A DNA stretch of 32,000 bases from Bifidobacterium longum subsp. longum JCM 1217. GTDB lineage: Bacteria > Actinomycetota > Actinomycetes > Actinomycetales > Bifidobacteriaceae. The position numbers and the translations under genes are program-made. The first letter of the stretch is position 1. Each line of letters opens with the position of its first letter. Of this stretch, positions 1 to 10,828 are shown one piece after another. A model generated the notes under the pieces. The model was not told the origin of the DNA, searched no databases, and saw only the letters and a program-made list of their open reading frames with translations. Where the stretch lies: NCBI RefSeq assembly GCF_000196555.1, contig NC_015067.1:1-32000 (forward strand). The letters run 5' to 3'.

Positions 1-1503
1 ATGGTTAACGCTTCCGGCGACCCCGTAATCGAGGCCGCCCACATCTGGTCAGACACGCTGACGGTGCTCAAACACAGCGCTTCGCTCAGCCCACGAGAAA
101 AAGGCTGGTTGGAAGGCGTTGTTCCTGAAGGCGTCTTCGGTTCGACCATCGTGCTGTGTGTGGACAACAACGACACGCTTCAAGCCATTCAGGGTGATTT
201 GAACGATTCCCTGCTTCAGGCATTGCGTACGGTAACCGGCGAAAATATGTTTCCCGCGTTCAAGGTCGTGCCGAAAACCGAGCCCGAACCGCTTTCGGAG
301 GCAAAGCCGGCGCAGCCATATCCTTCGGAAATTTCTCCGACTGTCGCCGAATTCGGTAAAGAATCCTATGGTGCAAAGCCGGCAGCCGCACCGCGGGAAC
401 CGATGCCCGCCACCGAGCCGCAGTTCCCGGTCGGTCAGCAGAAGATGAATCGCGATCCCGAGACTCATCTCAATAAGAACTTCACGTTTGATTCCTTCGT
501 GCCCGGCGATTCCAACCGTTTTGCCCGTACGGTCGCACTGGCCGTGGCCGAAGGTTCCGGGCAGGATTTCAACCCGTTGTGTATCTATGGCGGATCGGGC
601 CTGGGCAAAACCCACTTGCTGAACGCCATCGGCAACTATGCACTGGTCAAGGATCCCGGGCTGAAGGTTCGATACGTCACGTCTGAGGAATTCACGAACG
701 AATTCATTGACGCGCTGCAAAACCCGAACCAAAGCCAGGGGCAGATTGCTGAATTCAACCGTCGATACCGACAGGTTGATGTGTTGCTTATTGACGATAT
801 CCAGTTCCTCGGCGGCAAGGAAGCCACCTTGGATCAGTTCTTCCATACGTTCAATGCACTGCATCAGGCAAATAAGCGTATTGTCATTGCTTCCGATGTA
901 GCGCCCAAGAATTTGAAGGGTTTCGAGGCTCGACTCATCTCGCGCTTCGAATCCGGCCTGACCGTAGACGTCAAGCCGCCGGATCTGGAGACCCGAATCG
1001 CCATTCTTCGCATGATCGCCTCGATGAACGGCTCGAAAATCCCCAGCGATGTGTTGGACCTCATCGCCGAACGCTTCACCGAGAACATTCGTGAACTCGA
1101 AGGCGCGCTAACCCGTGTTACGGCCGTGGCCTCGCTGAGTAATCAGCCGGTGACCCGCGCCTTGGCCGAGCAGACGTTGCAGGACTTCTTCACCACCGAT
1201 GTGGAAATCAAGCCCACGGACATCATCAGTCAGGTGGCGAAGTACTTCCACCTGACGTTTGAGGATCTTGTCGGTAAATCACGAACCAAAAACGTGGCTG
1301 TTCCTCGTCAGATCGCCATGTATCTGGCTCGCGAAATGACCAGTATGAGCCTGATGGATATTGGCCAGGTCTTTGGCGGACGCGATCACACCACAGTAAT
1401 GCATGCCTGCACTCGAATCAGTGACCGAATGCAGCAAAAACAGGAGATCTATAACTACGTTATGGAGCTCACGGTTCGCCTCAAGCAAAGCAACACCAAC
1501 TGA
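1..1503 (+). CDS. dnaA: chromosomal replication initiator protein DnaA
   Basis: 500-aa ORF with Walker [12 protein letters not shown], Walker [10 protein letters not shown] and a C-terminal DNA-binding region (RDHTTVMHA). It is followed by a DnaA-box cluster and dnaN. The window begins exactly at its ATG. Confidence 0.97.
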   Translation: MVNASGDPVIEAAHIWSDTLTVLKHSASLSPREKGWLEGVVPEGVFGSTIVLCVDNNDTLQAIQGDLNDSLLQALRTVTGENMFPAFKVVPKTEPEPLSEAKPAQPYPSEISPTVAEFGKESYGAKPAAAPREPMPATEPQFPVGQQKMNRDPETHLNKNFTFDSFVPGDSNRFARTVALAVAEGSGQDFNPLCIYGGSGLGKTHLLNAIGNYALVKDPGLKVRYVTSEEFTNEFIDALQNPNQSQGQIAEFNRRYRQVDVLLIDDIQFLGGKEATLDQFFHTFNALHQANKRIVIASDVAPKNLKGFEARLISRFESGLTVDVKPPDLETRIAILRMIASMNGSKIPSDVLDLIAERFTENIRELEGALTRVTAVASLSNQPVTRALAEQTLQDFFTTDVEIKPTDIISQVAKYFHLTFEDLVGKSRTKNVAVPRQIAMYLAREMTSMSLMDIGQVFGGRDHTTVMHACTRISDRMQQKQEIYNYVMELTVRLKQSNTN

Positions 1504-1523
1504 CACAACGCTTCTGAGAGACG

Positions 1524-1568
1524 AAAAACGGCACTTTTTGGACTGACTTTCCGAAAAGTGCCGTTTTT
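1524..1568 (+). terminator. intrinsic terminator after dnaA, potentially bidirectional (A-tract/T-tract flanked)
   Basis: AAAAACGGCACTTTT (1524-1538) pairs with AAAAGTGCCGTTTTT (1554-1568). The stem is about 14 bp, the loop about 15 nt, and the 3' arm ends in a T run. Confidence 0.6.
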
Positions 1569-1715
1569 GGTTGCTCAGGCGGATTCTGGTGGATACGTCG
1601 AGGCAACGGATTCGAGACATTAGATTCCTCATGGCTCCCCTTTGTGAGGGGATCTGTCGGCGCAGACGACTGAGGGGAGTTTCGAAGGGGAACACGCAAA
1701 AAACCATGAAACGAG

Positions 1716-1798
1716 AGAATCGATTCTGAGGACCGATTTTGCGGGTTTGGGCGAGCGAGACGGAAAAAGTGCCGAAAACGGTCTCCAGAATCGATTCT
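1716..1798. repeat. two copies of the perfect 12-bp palindrome AGAATCGATTCT; function unknown
   Basis: Exact copies at 1716-1727 and 1787-1798, 71 bp apart, in the dnaA-dnaN spacer upstream of the DnaA-box cluster. Confidence 0.7.
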
Positions 1799-1854
1799 CC
1801 TCGACGAAAAAACAGTCTTCAACACGCCGTGCGAAAGTGCGAAAACCAAAAAAG

Positions 1855-2098
1855 TTATCCACATAGTTGTGCACAGATGTGGGTAAACTCGGCGGATAAC
1901 TCGTGGATTACCCACTGTTTTGTTGTGGAAAACTCGTGCATAACCGCGACCTCGATGTGGAAAACTCAAATTCGACGAACTGGCTGTGGAAAACTCGCCC
2001 ACTTATCCACAAGCCATGCAGAATTTGTCCACAATTTTCAGGGACTTATGAACCGTTGCAGTTGTAGGGCTCAGCCCTACTTATCCACACTATCCACC
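1855..2098. other. oriC DnaA-box cluster (chromosomal replication origin, dnaA-dnaN spacer)
   Basis: Perfect TTATCCACA at 1855-1863, 2003-2011 and 2081-2089. Near-consensus boxes are TGTGGGTAA 1878-1886 (reverse orientation), TTGTCCACA 2025-2033 and CTATCCACC 2090-2098. TGTGGAAAA occurs at 1924, 1956 and 1985. Confidence 0.85.
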
Positions 2099-2238
2099 GG
2101 CCTTATTATGGCGATTACTTACTCAGTTACGTGAAAAGCATCATCGCCATAGTAACAGCCGGTCATCCAGCGTACGTAAGTTCGCCACCTAACGGCTAGA
2201 ATATTTCTCAGCCAATCCGACGAAGGGAACAATCACAC

Positions 2239-3363
2239 ATGAAAGTCGAAATCGATACTGCAGCCCTGGCCGACGCCGTAGCCTGGACCTCCCGAGTCAT
2301 CGACGCACGTCCCTCCAACCCGATTCTCGCTGGTGTCAAGCTGGAAGCCATTGACGGAACGCTGCAATTCTCCGCCTTCAACTACGAGATTTCCGCTCGC
2401 CACCACATCGAAGCCGGCGTTGACGAAGCCGGTTCCGTACTGGTTCAGGGCAAGCTGCTGGCCGATATCACCAAATCGCTGCGTTCGGAGAAAACGTACC
2501 TGGTCACCGACGGCTCCACGCTGACCATCACGTCCGGCAAGTCGAAGTTCACCTTGCAGCTCATGCCCGACACCGAGTACCCGGATCTGCCTGTGGTACC
2601 GGCCATGCTCGGCCAAGTCGATGCCCCGACTTTCGTTCAGGCCGTGAACCAGGCGTGCGTTGCCGTCTCCCGCGAAGAAAACCGCCCGGTACTGACCGGC
2701 GTTCGCATGCAATTCCAAGGCGACAAGGTCGTCATGACCTCCACCGATCGCTTCCGTTTGGCCCGCGCCACCTTCACTTGGACTCCGCAGAACCCGGACG
2801 TCGACACCACCACGCTGGTTCGCGGCTCCCTGCTCAAGGATGTGGCCCGTGCTCTTGACGAGCACCAGAACATCCGCCTTGATTTCGATGCCGATAGCCC
2901 GACGCTGCTCGGCTTCGAAAACGCCGGCCGCGTCTCCACCTCCCAGCTCATCGACGGTGAATTCCCGGCGGTCGACCGCCTGTTCGCCGACGAATATCCG
3001 ATTCAGGCCGTAGTCAACAAGCAGGATTTGCTCGACGCCATCAGCCGTGTGGCTTTGGTCGCCGAACGCAATGCTCCGATTCGCATGACCTTCACCGGTC
3101 AGGAAGTGGCGCTGTCCGCCGGATCGGTCGACGAGGCTCAGGCCAACGAAACACTGGACATCGACATGGATGGCGACGACATCACCGTGGCATTCAACCC
3201 GTCCTACCTGAAGGAGGGTCTGTCCGCCGTAACCGAACCATTCGTGCGCATCAAAATGACGACCCCGGTCAAGCCGGTCGAGTTCAATGGCCAGCAGGAA
3301 GCTGATTCCGACGAGTCCATGGACTACCGATACCTGCTCGTGCCGATGCGCTTTAACAACTGA
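2239..3363 (+). CDS. dnaN: DNA polymerase III subunit beta (sliding clamp)
   Basis: 374-aa ORF in the conserved position after dnaA. It has a three-domain clamp-like sequence, and GAAGGGA lies about 10 nt upstream of the ATG. Confidence 0.96.
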   Translation: MKVEIDTAALADAVAWTSRVIDARPSNPILAGVKLEAIDGTLQFSAFNYEISARHHIEAGVDEAGSVLVQGKLLADITKSLRSEKTYLVTDGSTLTITSGKSKFTLQLMPDTEYPDLPVVPAMLGQVDAPTFVQAVNQACVAVSREENRPVLTGVRMQFQGDKVVMTSTDRFRLARATFTWTPQNPDVDTTTLVRGSLLKDVARALDEHQNIRLDFDADSPTLLGFENAGRVSTSQLIDGEFPAVDRLFADEYPIQAVVNKQDLLDAISRVALVAERNAPIRMTFTGQEVALSAGSVDEAQANETLDIDMDGDDITVAFNPSYLKEGLSAVTEPFVRIKMTTPVKPVEFNGQQEADSDESMDYRYLLVPMRFNN

Positions 3364-3390
3364 AATCCCTGAATTTCCAACGATTCGCTA

Positions 3391-4629
3391 ATGCACATCT
3401 CCCGTCTCGCACTCGACCACTACCGCTCATGGAGTCAGGTAGTGGTCGATTTCGTACCAGGCGTGAATATCCTGTTCGGCAAGAACGGTCTGGGCAAAAC
3501 CAATCTGGTGGAAGCCGTCGAAGTGCTGTCCACCGGATCGAGCCATCGCACGTCCAGCACGTTGCCGCTGATCGAACGCGGGCAGACCACGGCCACCATC
3601 CGCGCGAACGTCGCTGATGATGCCGGTCAAACCACTACGTATGAAGCGTCAATTCATGCGCGTGGTGCCAACCGAGCCCGCATCAACTCGGGGTCGTCGC
3701 TGTATCTGCGCGATATCATCGGCAAGATTCCCAGCGTTTCCTTCACTCCCGAAGATCAGCGGTTGGTGTCCGGCGATCCGGGAGCACGCCGCACCATGAT
3801 GAATCAGGCTGCGGCTCTGCTCGAGCCCGGATACATGCAGACGTTGCAACAGTTCACGCGCATCGCCAAACAGCGTGCCACATTGTTGAAGCAATTGAAT
3901 GCCAATGTCAACAATGGCCAGCCGATGGATGCGGTTCTGAGCGGTTTGGAAATCTGGACCGGCCAGTTCATCGAAGCCGGTGTGGCGTTGACCCGTATGC
4001 GCGCTCATGTGATCGGTCTGCTTGCCGAGCCATTTGCCGCGATTTACGCCGACTTGGCCGGTGCCGGCGAGCAGGTGACGCTCACTTATGCGCCTTCATT
4101 CGACGAAGTGCTGATGTTCGACGATCCGCATCCGCAGATTAGCGAGCATTTCCAACGCATCTACCCCGGTGAAGTGGCTCGCGGCGTGAACCTTATCGGT
4201 CCGCAGCGCGATGACATGAACCTTGAGTTGGGCGGTATTCCCGCCCGCGAGTTCGCTTCGAACGGCGAGATGTGGACGATGGCGTTGGCCTTGAAAATGG
4301 CATTGTTCGAAATAGTGCGTGACCGGTTGGGATTGCAGCCGATTGTGATTCTCGATGATGTGTTCGCCCAGCTTGACGACAGCCGGCGCACGCAGATTCT
4401 TGATTTCGCCAGAAAACAGGATCAGGTGCTGATTACCGTGGCCGCTGAAGGCGATGTGCCCGACTATGAATCGGCCCATCGCATCGACGTGGCCGCACTG
4501 GACGAACCAGCTTCCGTGATATTGCCAACTCTGGGCAATTTGTCCAATTCGCGGGAAAATGAGAGTTTGGGTGGGTATGACGAAAAAACCGCGGTGGACA
4601 GCGCGTCCGTAGAACGGAAAGTGTCATGA
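3391..4629 (+). CDS. recF: DNA replication/repair protein RecF
   Basis: 412 aa with an N-terminal Walker A FGKNGLGKTNLVEA and a Walker B-like IVILDDVFAQLD. It sits in the conserved dnaN-recF position. Confidence 0.95.
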   Translation: MHISRLALDHYRSWSQVVVDFVPGVNILFGKNGLGKTNLVEAVEVLSTGSSHRTSSTLPLIERGQTTATIRANVADDAGQTTTYEASIHARGANRARINSGSSLYLRDIIGKIPSVSFTPEDQRLVSGDPGARRTMMNQAAALLEPGYMQTLQQFTRIAKQRATLLKQLNANVNNGQPMDAVLSGLEIWTGQFIEAGVALTRMRAHVIGLLAEPFAAIYADLAGAGEQVTLTYAPSFDEVLMFDDPHPQISEHFQRIYPGEVARGVNLIGPQRDDMNLELGGIPAREFASNGEMWTMALALKMALFEIVRDRLGLQPIVILDDVFAQLDDSRRTQILDFARKQDQVLITVAAEGDVPDYESAHRIDVAALDEPASVILPTLGNLSNSRENESLGGYDEKTAVDSASVERKVS

Positions 4630-5096
4630 ACCCGCCGATCGCCCGCCAACTCAACCTGGACGAGACCAAACTGCCGGCCGAAATATTCGAGCGGCTCTCC
4701 CGTCGCGGGGCGACCTTGAAGGACTACAGACGCCGCCGTGAAGAGGCCATCGAAAACTTCGGCAAACCGGGGCGCGATCCGGCTGAACTGGGCAGCGTGA
4801 TGACCACCATCGCCGGCAACGGCGTCTGGACGGCGAATATGAAGCTTGCGCAATTGCGCAACCATTGGGACCAAGTGGTGGGTCAGGCCATCGCCAGCCA
4901 TTCGGCAGTCGCCGATTTCACTGACGGCGTACTGACCATCCGCGCCGAATCCACGGTCTGGGCCACGCAGCTGACCTACCTTATCCCCCAACTCACCGAT
5001 ACCATCCGTCGCAATCTCAAAGGATTGACCATCACCGAGATTCGCGTGACCGGCCCGGCCGCCGGATACACACGCAAATGGGCTCGGCGGCGGTAG
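4626..5096 (+). CDS. DUF721 domain protein (conserved recF-gyrB spacer gene of Actinobacteria)
   Basis: 156-aa ORF whose ATG overlaps the recF stop (ATGA). Position and size match the DUF721 family gene found between recF and gyrB. Confidence 0.8.
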   Translation: MNPPIARQLNLDETKLPAEIFERLSRRGATLKDYRRRREEAIENFGKPGRDPAELGSVMTTIAGNGVWTANMKLAQLRNHWDQVVGQAIASHSAVADFTDGVLTIRAESTVWATQLTYLIPQLTDTIRRNLKGLTITEIRVTGPAAGYTRKWARRR

Positions 5097-5228
5097 CCAA
5101 GATACCAAACAAATTCGCAGAAGCCTCGCTATGGCGCTCGTCGGGTTAGACGAGTAAAATCACATGCAGTATGGTCAAATGGCTAGAAGAGCCCTTTACG
5201 GGCCTCGTAAGCCATATCACCTCCGTGA

Positions 5229-7367
5229 ATGACCTTCATGACGGAGGTTGACCCTGTAGTCACGGAAGGAAGCCTGTTGGCAGACGAAACCAGCAAAGAG
5301 GAGCAGCTGAAGGCGGCTGCGGAACGCATCAACAATGCGGAATTGACCGAAGGCGAACTTGACGAATCCATGGCCCCCGAGCATTATGAGGCCTCCGATC
5401 TGAGGGTGCTCGAAGGACTTGAGGCCGTGCGTATCCGCCCCGGTATGTACATCGGTTCCACCGGCCCGCGCGGTTTGCACCACCTGGTCTATGAGATCGT
5501 CGACAACTCGGTCGACGAGGCGCTGGCCGGATACGCCAGCCATATCGAGATCACCATTCTGCCGGACAACGGCATCCGTGTGGTGGACGATGGTCGAGGT
5601 ATCCCGGTCGATGAGGTGCCCGGCGAGGGCGTCTCTGGTGTGGAGACCGTGATGACCAAGCTGCACGCCGGCGGCAAGTTCGGCGGCGGCGGTTATGCAG
5701 TGTCCGGCGGTCTGCACGGCGTGGGCATCTCCGTGGTCAACGCACTCTCCACCCGCGTGGACATCGAAGTGCGCCGTCAGGGCTTCCACTGGACCCAGAC
5801 GTACATCGACCAGCACCCCACCGCGCCCTTGAAGCAGGGCGAGCCGATGACCGAAGGCGAGTCCACCGGTACGTCTGTGACTTTCTGGGCCGACCCGAAG
5901 ATTTTCGAGACCACCATCTACGACTTCGAGACGCTGCGTTCCCGCTTCCAGCAGATGGCCTTCCTGAACAAGGGCCTCAAGATCAGCCTGACCGACGAGC
6001 GTGAGAACGACCAGGCCGGCGACGAGGTGGCCGGCGACGCCGCGGACGAGCCCGGCGCAAAGCACCAGACCGTCACCTACCAGTACCTCAACGGCATCAA
6101 GGACTACGTCGACTATCTGGTCAAGGTGCGCAAGGCCATGCCGGTGGAAGAGGACGTCATCAGCTTCGAGGCCGAAGACCTGAAGCTCGGCATCTCCGCC
6201 GAACTCGCCATGCAGTGGACCACTGCCTACTCCGAGGCCGTGCACACCTTCGCGAACACGATTTCCACCACCGAGGGCGGCACTCACGAGGAGGGCTTCC
6301 GCGCCGCGCTGACCTCGCTGGTCAACCGTTACGCGCGAGACAAGGGCATCCTCAAGGACAAGGACGAGAACCTCTCCGGCGACGACGTGCGTGAAGGCCT
6401 GACCGCCGTGATCTCCGTCAAGCTCACCAACCCGCAGTTCGAAGGCCAGACCAAGACCAAGCTCGGCAACTCCGAAGCCAAGACCTTCGTGCAGCGCGTG
6501 ATGACCGACAAGCTCGGCGACTGGTTCGATGCCCACCCGGCCGAGGCCAAGAACATCATCCAGAAGGCCATCGAGGCATCCCGCGCCCGTCTGGCCGCCA
6601 AGAAGGCCCGCGAGAACACCCGCCGCAAGTCCATCTTCGAGTCCGCCGGCATGCCCGACAAGCTCAAGGACTGTCAGTCGAACAACCCGGAAGAGTGCGA
6701 GCTGTTCATCGTGGAGGGTGATTCCGCAGGCGGCTCCGCCATCCAGGGCCGCAACCCGATCACGCAGGCCATCCTGCCGCTGCGAGGCAAGATCCTCAAC
6801 ACCGAGCGCGCCAGCCTGGACCGCATGATGAAGTCCGACACCATCGAATCGCTGATCACCGCGGTCGGCGGCGGCTACGGCGAGGACTTCGACATCTCCA
6901 AGGTCCGCTACCACAAGGTCATCATCATGGCCGATGCCGATGTGGATGGTGCGCATATCGCCACCCTGAACCTGACGCTGTTCTTCCGCTACATGCGCCC
7001 GATGATCACCGCCGGCTACGTGTACGTGGCCATGCCGCCGCTGTATCGCCTGAAGTGGACCAAGGGCCCGCACGACTTCGTGTACACCGACGCCGAGCGC
7101 GACCGCGTGCTCGCCGAAGGCAAGGCCAACGGACGCCAGCTGCCCAAGGGCGAAGGCATCCAGCGCTACAAGGGTCTGGGCGAGATGAGCTACCAGGAGC
7201 TATGGGAGACCACCATGGACCCCGAGCACCGCATTCTGAAGCAGGTGCACATCGAGGACGCCGCCGCGGCCGACGAGACCTTCTCGATGCTGATGGGCGA
7301 TGAGGTCGAACCCCGCCGCCTCTTCATCCAGCGCAACGCCAAGAACGTGCGTTGGATCGATGCGTAA
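5229..7367 (+). CDS. gyrB: DNA gyrase subunit B
   Basis: 712 aa with the GHKL ATPase motif LHHLVYEIVDNSVDEA, the Toprim motif EGDSAGG and PLRGKILN. The exact start is uncertain because in-frame ATGs also occur at 5238 and 5370. Confidence 0.95.
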   Translation: MTFMTEVDPVVTEGSLLADETSKEEQLKAAAERINNAELTEGELDESMAPEHYEASDLRVLEGLEAVRIRPGMYIGSTGPRGLHHLVYEIVDNSVDEALAGYASHIEITILPDNGIRVVDDGRGIPVDEVPGEGVSGVETVMTKLHAGGKFGGGGYAVSGGLHGVGISVVNALSTRVDIEVRRQGFHWTQTYIDQHPTAPLKQGEPMTEGESTGTSVTFWADPKIFETTIYDFETLRSRFQQMAFLNKGLKISLTDERENDQAGDEVAGDAADEPGAKHQTVTYQYLNGIKDYVDYLVKVRKAMPVEEDVISFEAEDLKLGISAELAMQWTTAYSEAVHTFANTISTTEGGTHEEGFRAALTSLVNRYARDKGILKDKDENLSGDDVREGLTAVISVKLTNPQFEGQTKTKLGNSEAKTFVQRVMTDKLGDWFDAHPAEAKNIIQKAIEASRARLAAKKARENTRRKSIFESAGMPDKLKDCQSNNPEECELFIVEGDSAGGSAIQGRNPITQAILPLRGKILNTERASLDRMMKSDTIESLITAVGGGYGEDFDISKVRYHKVIIMADADVDGAHIATLNLTLFFRYMRPMITAGYVYVAMPPLYRLKWTKGPHDFVYTDAERDRVLAEGKANGRQLPKGEGIQRYKGLGEMSYQELWETTMDPEHRILKQVHIEDAAAADETFSMLMGDEVEPRRLFIQRNAKNVRWIDA

Positions 7368-7379
7368 CGGAATCCTCCA

Positions 7380-7401
7380 ACCTCCCTCGTCAGAGGGAGG
7401 T
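7380..7401 (+). promoter_or_regulatory. stem-loop between gyrB and gyrA (no U-tract; possible attenuator or processing site)
   Basis: CCTCCCTC gtca GAGGGAGG is an 8-bp GC-rich stem, extendable by A/T at each end. It lies 13 nt after the gyrB stop. Confidence 0.3.
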
Positions 7402-7434
7402 ACACAACGGACTTAGACAACTAAAGGAACAACA

Positions 7435-10086
7435 GTGGCAGATGAAAACAACACCGGCGACGAGCAGTTCACGCCGGACGGCTCGATGGAGCCGTTGAGC
7501 CCGCAGGAGGCGGACACTACCGACTACGGCCTGATGGACACCGGCGAACGCATCCAGCGCAAGGACCTGCAGCAGGAGATGCGCGAGTCCTATCTGGCGT
7601 ATGCCCTCTCCGTGATCGTCGAGCGCGCCCTGCCGGACGTGCGCGACGGTATGAAGCCCGTGCATCGCCGCGTGATCTACGCGATGTACGACGGCGGCTA
7701 CCGCCCCGATCGCGGCTACAACAAGTGCTCCCGCGTGGTCGGCGACGTGATGGGTAAGTACCACCCGCACGGCGACTCCGCCATCTACGACACTTTGGTG
7801 CGTATGGCCCAGTCCTGGTCGATGCGCAACATGCTCGTCGACGGCCAGGGCAACTTCGGCTCCCCCGGCGACGACCCGGCCGCCGCCATGCGTTACACCG
7901 AATGCCGTATGGCCCCGCTGGCCATGGAAATGGTGCGCGACATCGACAAGGACACCGTCGACTTCGTGCCCAACTACGACGGCAAGACCCAGGAGCCGAC
8001 CGTGCTGCCGGCCCGCTTCCCGAACCTGCTCGTCAACGGCTCCGCCGGCATCGCCGTCGGCATGGCCACCAACATCCCGCCGCACAACATGCGCGAGGTG
8101 GCGGACGGCGTCCACTGGGCGCTCGACCACCCGGACGCCAGCCGCGAGGAACTGCTGGAAAACCTGATCCGCATCATCAAGGGACCGGACTTCCCCACCG
8201 GCGCCACCATCCTCGGCCACAAGGGCATCGAACAGGCCTACCGCACCGGCCGTGGCCTGATCACCATGCGTGCCGTGGTCAACACTGAGGAGATCAACGG
8301 CCGTATGTGCCTGGTGGTCACCGAACTGCCCTACCAGGTCAACCCGGACCGCCTCGTCGTCTCCATTCGTGAGGCCGTGCGCGACGGCAAGATCCAGGGC
8401 ATCGCCGACATGCGCGACGAGACCTCCGGCCGTACCGGCCAGCGCCTCGTGCTCGTGCTCAAGCGCGACGCCGTGCCGAAGGTGGTCCTGAACAACCTGT
8501 ACAAGCACTCCCAGCTGCAGCAGACCTTCGGCGCCAACATGCTGGCGCTGGTCGACGGCGTGCCGCGCACGCTGAGCCTGGACGCCTTCATCCGCCATTG
8601 GGTGAACCACCAGCTCGACGTGATCGCCCGCCGCACCGCGTACCTGAAGCGCGAGGCCGAAGAGCGCGACCACATCCTGCAGGGCTATCTGAAGGCCCTC
8701 GACATGCTGGACGAGGTCATCGCCCTCATCCGTGCCTCCGAAGACACCGACACCGCACGTACGGGCCTTATGGGGCTGCTGGACATCGACCAGGTGCAGG
8801 CGGACGCCATCCTGGCCATGCAGCTGCGCACGCTGACCCGCATGAACCGCGACAAGATCGTGGCCGAGCATGAGGAATTGCAGCGCAAGATCGCCGACTA
8901 CATCGACATCCTCGCCAAGCCGGAACGCCAGCGCAAGATCATCGGCGACGAGCTCGACGAGATCGTCGCCAAGTACGGCGACGACCGCCGCACCAAGATC
9001 CTGCCGTTCTCCGGCGAGATGAACGTCGAAGACCTGATCGCCGAAGAGAACGTGGTGGTCACCGTGACCCACTCCGGCTTCATTAAGCGCACCAAGGCCG
9101 ACGAATACCGCTCCCAGCACCGCGGCGGCAAGGGCATCAAGGGCACCAAGCTGCGCGAGGACGACGTGGTGGATCACTTCTTCCTGACCTCCACGCACAA
9201 CTGGCTGCTGTTCTTCACGAACAAGGGCCGCGTGTACCGCATCAAGGCCTACGAGCTGCCCGAGGGCTCGCGCGACTCCAAGGGCCAGCACGTGGCCAAC
9301 CTGCTGCAGTTCGCGCCTGATGAGTCCATCCAGACCGTGCTGTCCATCCCGAACTACGAGGTGGCCAAGTATCTGGTGCTCGCCACCCGTTCCGGCAAGG
9401 TCAAGAAGACCCCGCTGGCCGAGTACGATTCCCCGCGCCAGGGCGGCCTGATCGCCGTGCGCCTCATGGCCGACGAGAACGGCGAGAACGCCGACGAGCT
9501 CATCGGCGCCGCGCTGTGCAACGCCGAGGACGACATCATCCTGGTCTCCAAACTCGGCATGAGCCTCAAGTTCCAGGCCGACGACGAGCAGCTGCGCCCG
9601 ATGGGCCGCCAGACCGCCGGCGTGCAGGGCATGAAGTTCCGTAACGACGACAGCCTGCTGGCCATGGATGTGGTCCCTGGCGACTCCGACAAGGACCTGT
9701 TCGTGGTCACCAACGAGGGCTTCGCCAAGCGCACCGCCATCAGCGAATACCGTCTGCAGGGCCGCAATGGCCTGGGTATCAAGGCCGTGCAACTGGTCGA
9801 GGGCCGTGGTGCTCTGGTCGGCGCGCTCGTGGTGTCCGAAGACGATCAGGTCATGGCCATCATGAAGTCCGGCAAGGTGATTCGCTCCAACGTGGACGAA
9901 GTCAAACGCACCGGGCGCAACACCCAGGGCGTGACCTTTGCCAAGCCCGACAAGGGCGACACGATTCTCTCCATCGCCCGTAACGAGGAGAAGGACGAGC
10001 CCGAGGATGGCGGCGATGCCGCGGCGAACGGCACCGCCGAGACCGCACAATCCGGCGAGAATGTGAACAACGCGGACGAGGCGTGA
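7435..10086 (+). CDS. gyrA: DNA gyrase subunit A
   Basis: 883 aa with a GTG start preceded by AAAGGAA. It has the active-site region AAAMRYTE, a QRDR-like GDSAIYD, and a C-terminal beta-pinwheel repeat region. Confidence 0.97.
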   Translation: MADENNTGDEQFTPDGSMEPLSPQEADTTDYGLMDTGERIQRKDLQQEMRESYLAYALSVIVERALPDVRDGMKPVHRRVIYAMYDGGYRPDRGYNKCSRVVGDVMGKYHPHGDSAIYDTLVRMAQSWSMRNMLVDGQGNFGSPGDDPAAAMRYTECRMAPLAMEMVRDIDKDTVDFVPNYDGKTQEPTVLPARFPNLLVNGSAGIAVGMATNIPPHNMREVADGVHWALDHPDASREELLENLIRIIKGPDFPTGATILGHKGIEQAYRTGRGLITMRAVVNTEEINGRMCLVVTELPYQVNPDRLVVSIREAVRDGKIQGIADMRDETSGRTGQRLVLVLKRDAVPKVVLNNLYKHSQLQQTFGANMLALVDGVPRTLSLDAFIRHWVNHQLDVIARRTAYLKREAEERDHILQGYLKALDMLDEVIALIRASEDTDTARTGLMGLLDIDQVQADAILAMQLRTLTRMNRDKIVAEHEELQRKIADYIDILAKPERQRKIIGDELDEIVAKYGDDRRTKILPFSGEMNVEDLIAEENVVVTVTHSGFIKRTKADEYRSQHRGGKGIKGTKLREDDVVDHFFLTSTHNWLLFFTNKGRVYRIKAYELPEGSRDSKGQHVANLLQFAPDESIQTVLSIPNYEVAKYLVLATRSGKVKKTPLAEYDSPRQGGLIAVRLMADENGENADELIGAALCNAEDDIILVSKLGMSLKFQADDEQLRPMGRQTAGVQGMKFRNDDSLLAMDVVPGDSDKDLFVVTNEGFAKRTAISEYRLQGRNGLGIKAVQLVEGRGALVGALVVSEDDQVMAIMKSGKVIRSNVDEVKRTGRNTQGVTFAKPDKGDTILSIARNEEKDEPEDGGDAAANGTAETAQSGENVNNADEA

Positions 10087-10155
10087 GCAGCGTCCTGAAA
10101 AGCTGGTAGCCTCGCATACAGCAGAGGCTACCGCCAAGCCTGTTAAGGAGAAACG

Positions 10156-10722
10156 ATGAGCGAGAATCTCGAAGACAACGAGCCCCGGATCATACCGCCG
10201 GCAGTCGGCAATACGCAGAACGAGCATGTCGAGCCGCTGATCGGTACTGAGCACGCTCCCCGCGTGGCACGCTCCGTGTCCAGCGATCCGGAAGAATCCG
10301 CGTTGCCTTCTTCAGGTGCCGCCACTCCCGTGCGTCCGGCACCTCGCCGTAGCGCCCCCAGGGCTCGCCGCATGAGCTTGTCGCTGACCCGCGTGGATGC
10401 TTGGTCCGTGGCCAAGGTGACGTTCATGCTGTCCATCGCCGTGGCGATTATTCAGGTCGTTGCCTCCGCGATCGTATGGGTGCTGCTTGATGTGGTCGGT
10501 GTATTCAGCCAGATTACGCAGATTGTGTCTTCCACCGGTCTTGATGCAGGCGGTTTCGATCTCAAGAACGTGTTGTCCCTTACCACCGTGGTCTCCGGCG
10601 TCACCATCTTCTCGATTGTTGAAGTGGTGATCTTCACCCTGCTGGCCACCATTGCGGCACTGATCTACAACGTGGTCAGCTCGCTGGTCGGCGGCGTGCA
10701 CGTCACGCTCGGCGACGACTGA
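10156..10722 (+). CDS. DUF3566 family membrane protein (conserved downstream of gyrA in Actinobacteria)
   Basis: 188 aa with a disordered N-terminus, then LSLTRVDAWSVAKVTFMLS and several hydrophobic helices. AAGGAGAAAC lies upstream of the ATG. Confidence 0.85.
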   Translation: MSENLEDNEPRIIPPAVGNTQNEHVEPLIGTEHAPRVARSVSSDPEESALPSSGAATPVRPAPRRSAPRARRMSLSLTRVDAWSVAKVTFMLSIAVAIIQVVASAIVWVLLDVVGVFSQITQIVSSTGLDAGGFDLKNVLSLTTVVSGVTIFSIVEVVIFTLLATIAALIYNVVSSLVGGVHVTLGDD

Positions 10723-10828
10723 TATAGCTATACTGACGGAACTCCCCTCAGTGAACCGCACCCCGGTTGTTGGACTGAAGTAATTCAGATTCGATGATCG
10801 GAGGTGCGGTTTCTTATGTGTGGGGTTC

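Noticed and set aside
5217-10254. Very long antisense ORFs: 5217..7073 (-) and 7390..10254 (-). Similar cases are 13977..15164 (+), 21582..22442 (+), 22057..23184 (-), 23360..24844 (+), 25172..26374 (+) and 30073..31371 (+).
   Set aside because: Each lies opposite a gene with clear family motifs (gyrB, gyrA, gdhA, transposases, ATPase, CNNM). Their translations are Arg/Gly/Ala/His-rich low-complexity sequences, typical of stop-poor antisense frames in high-G+C DNA.
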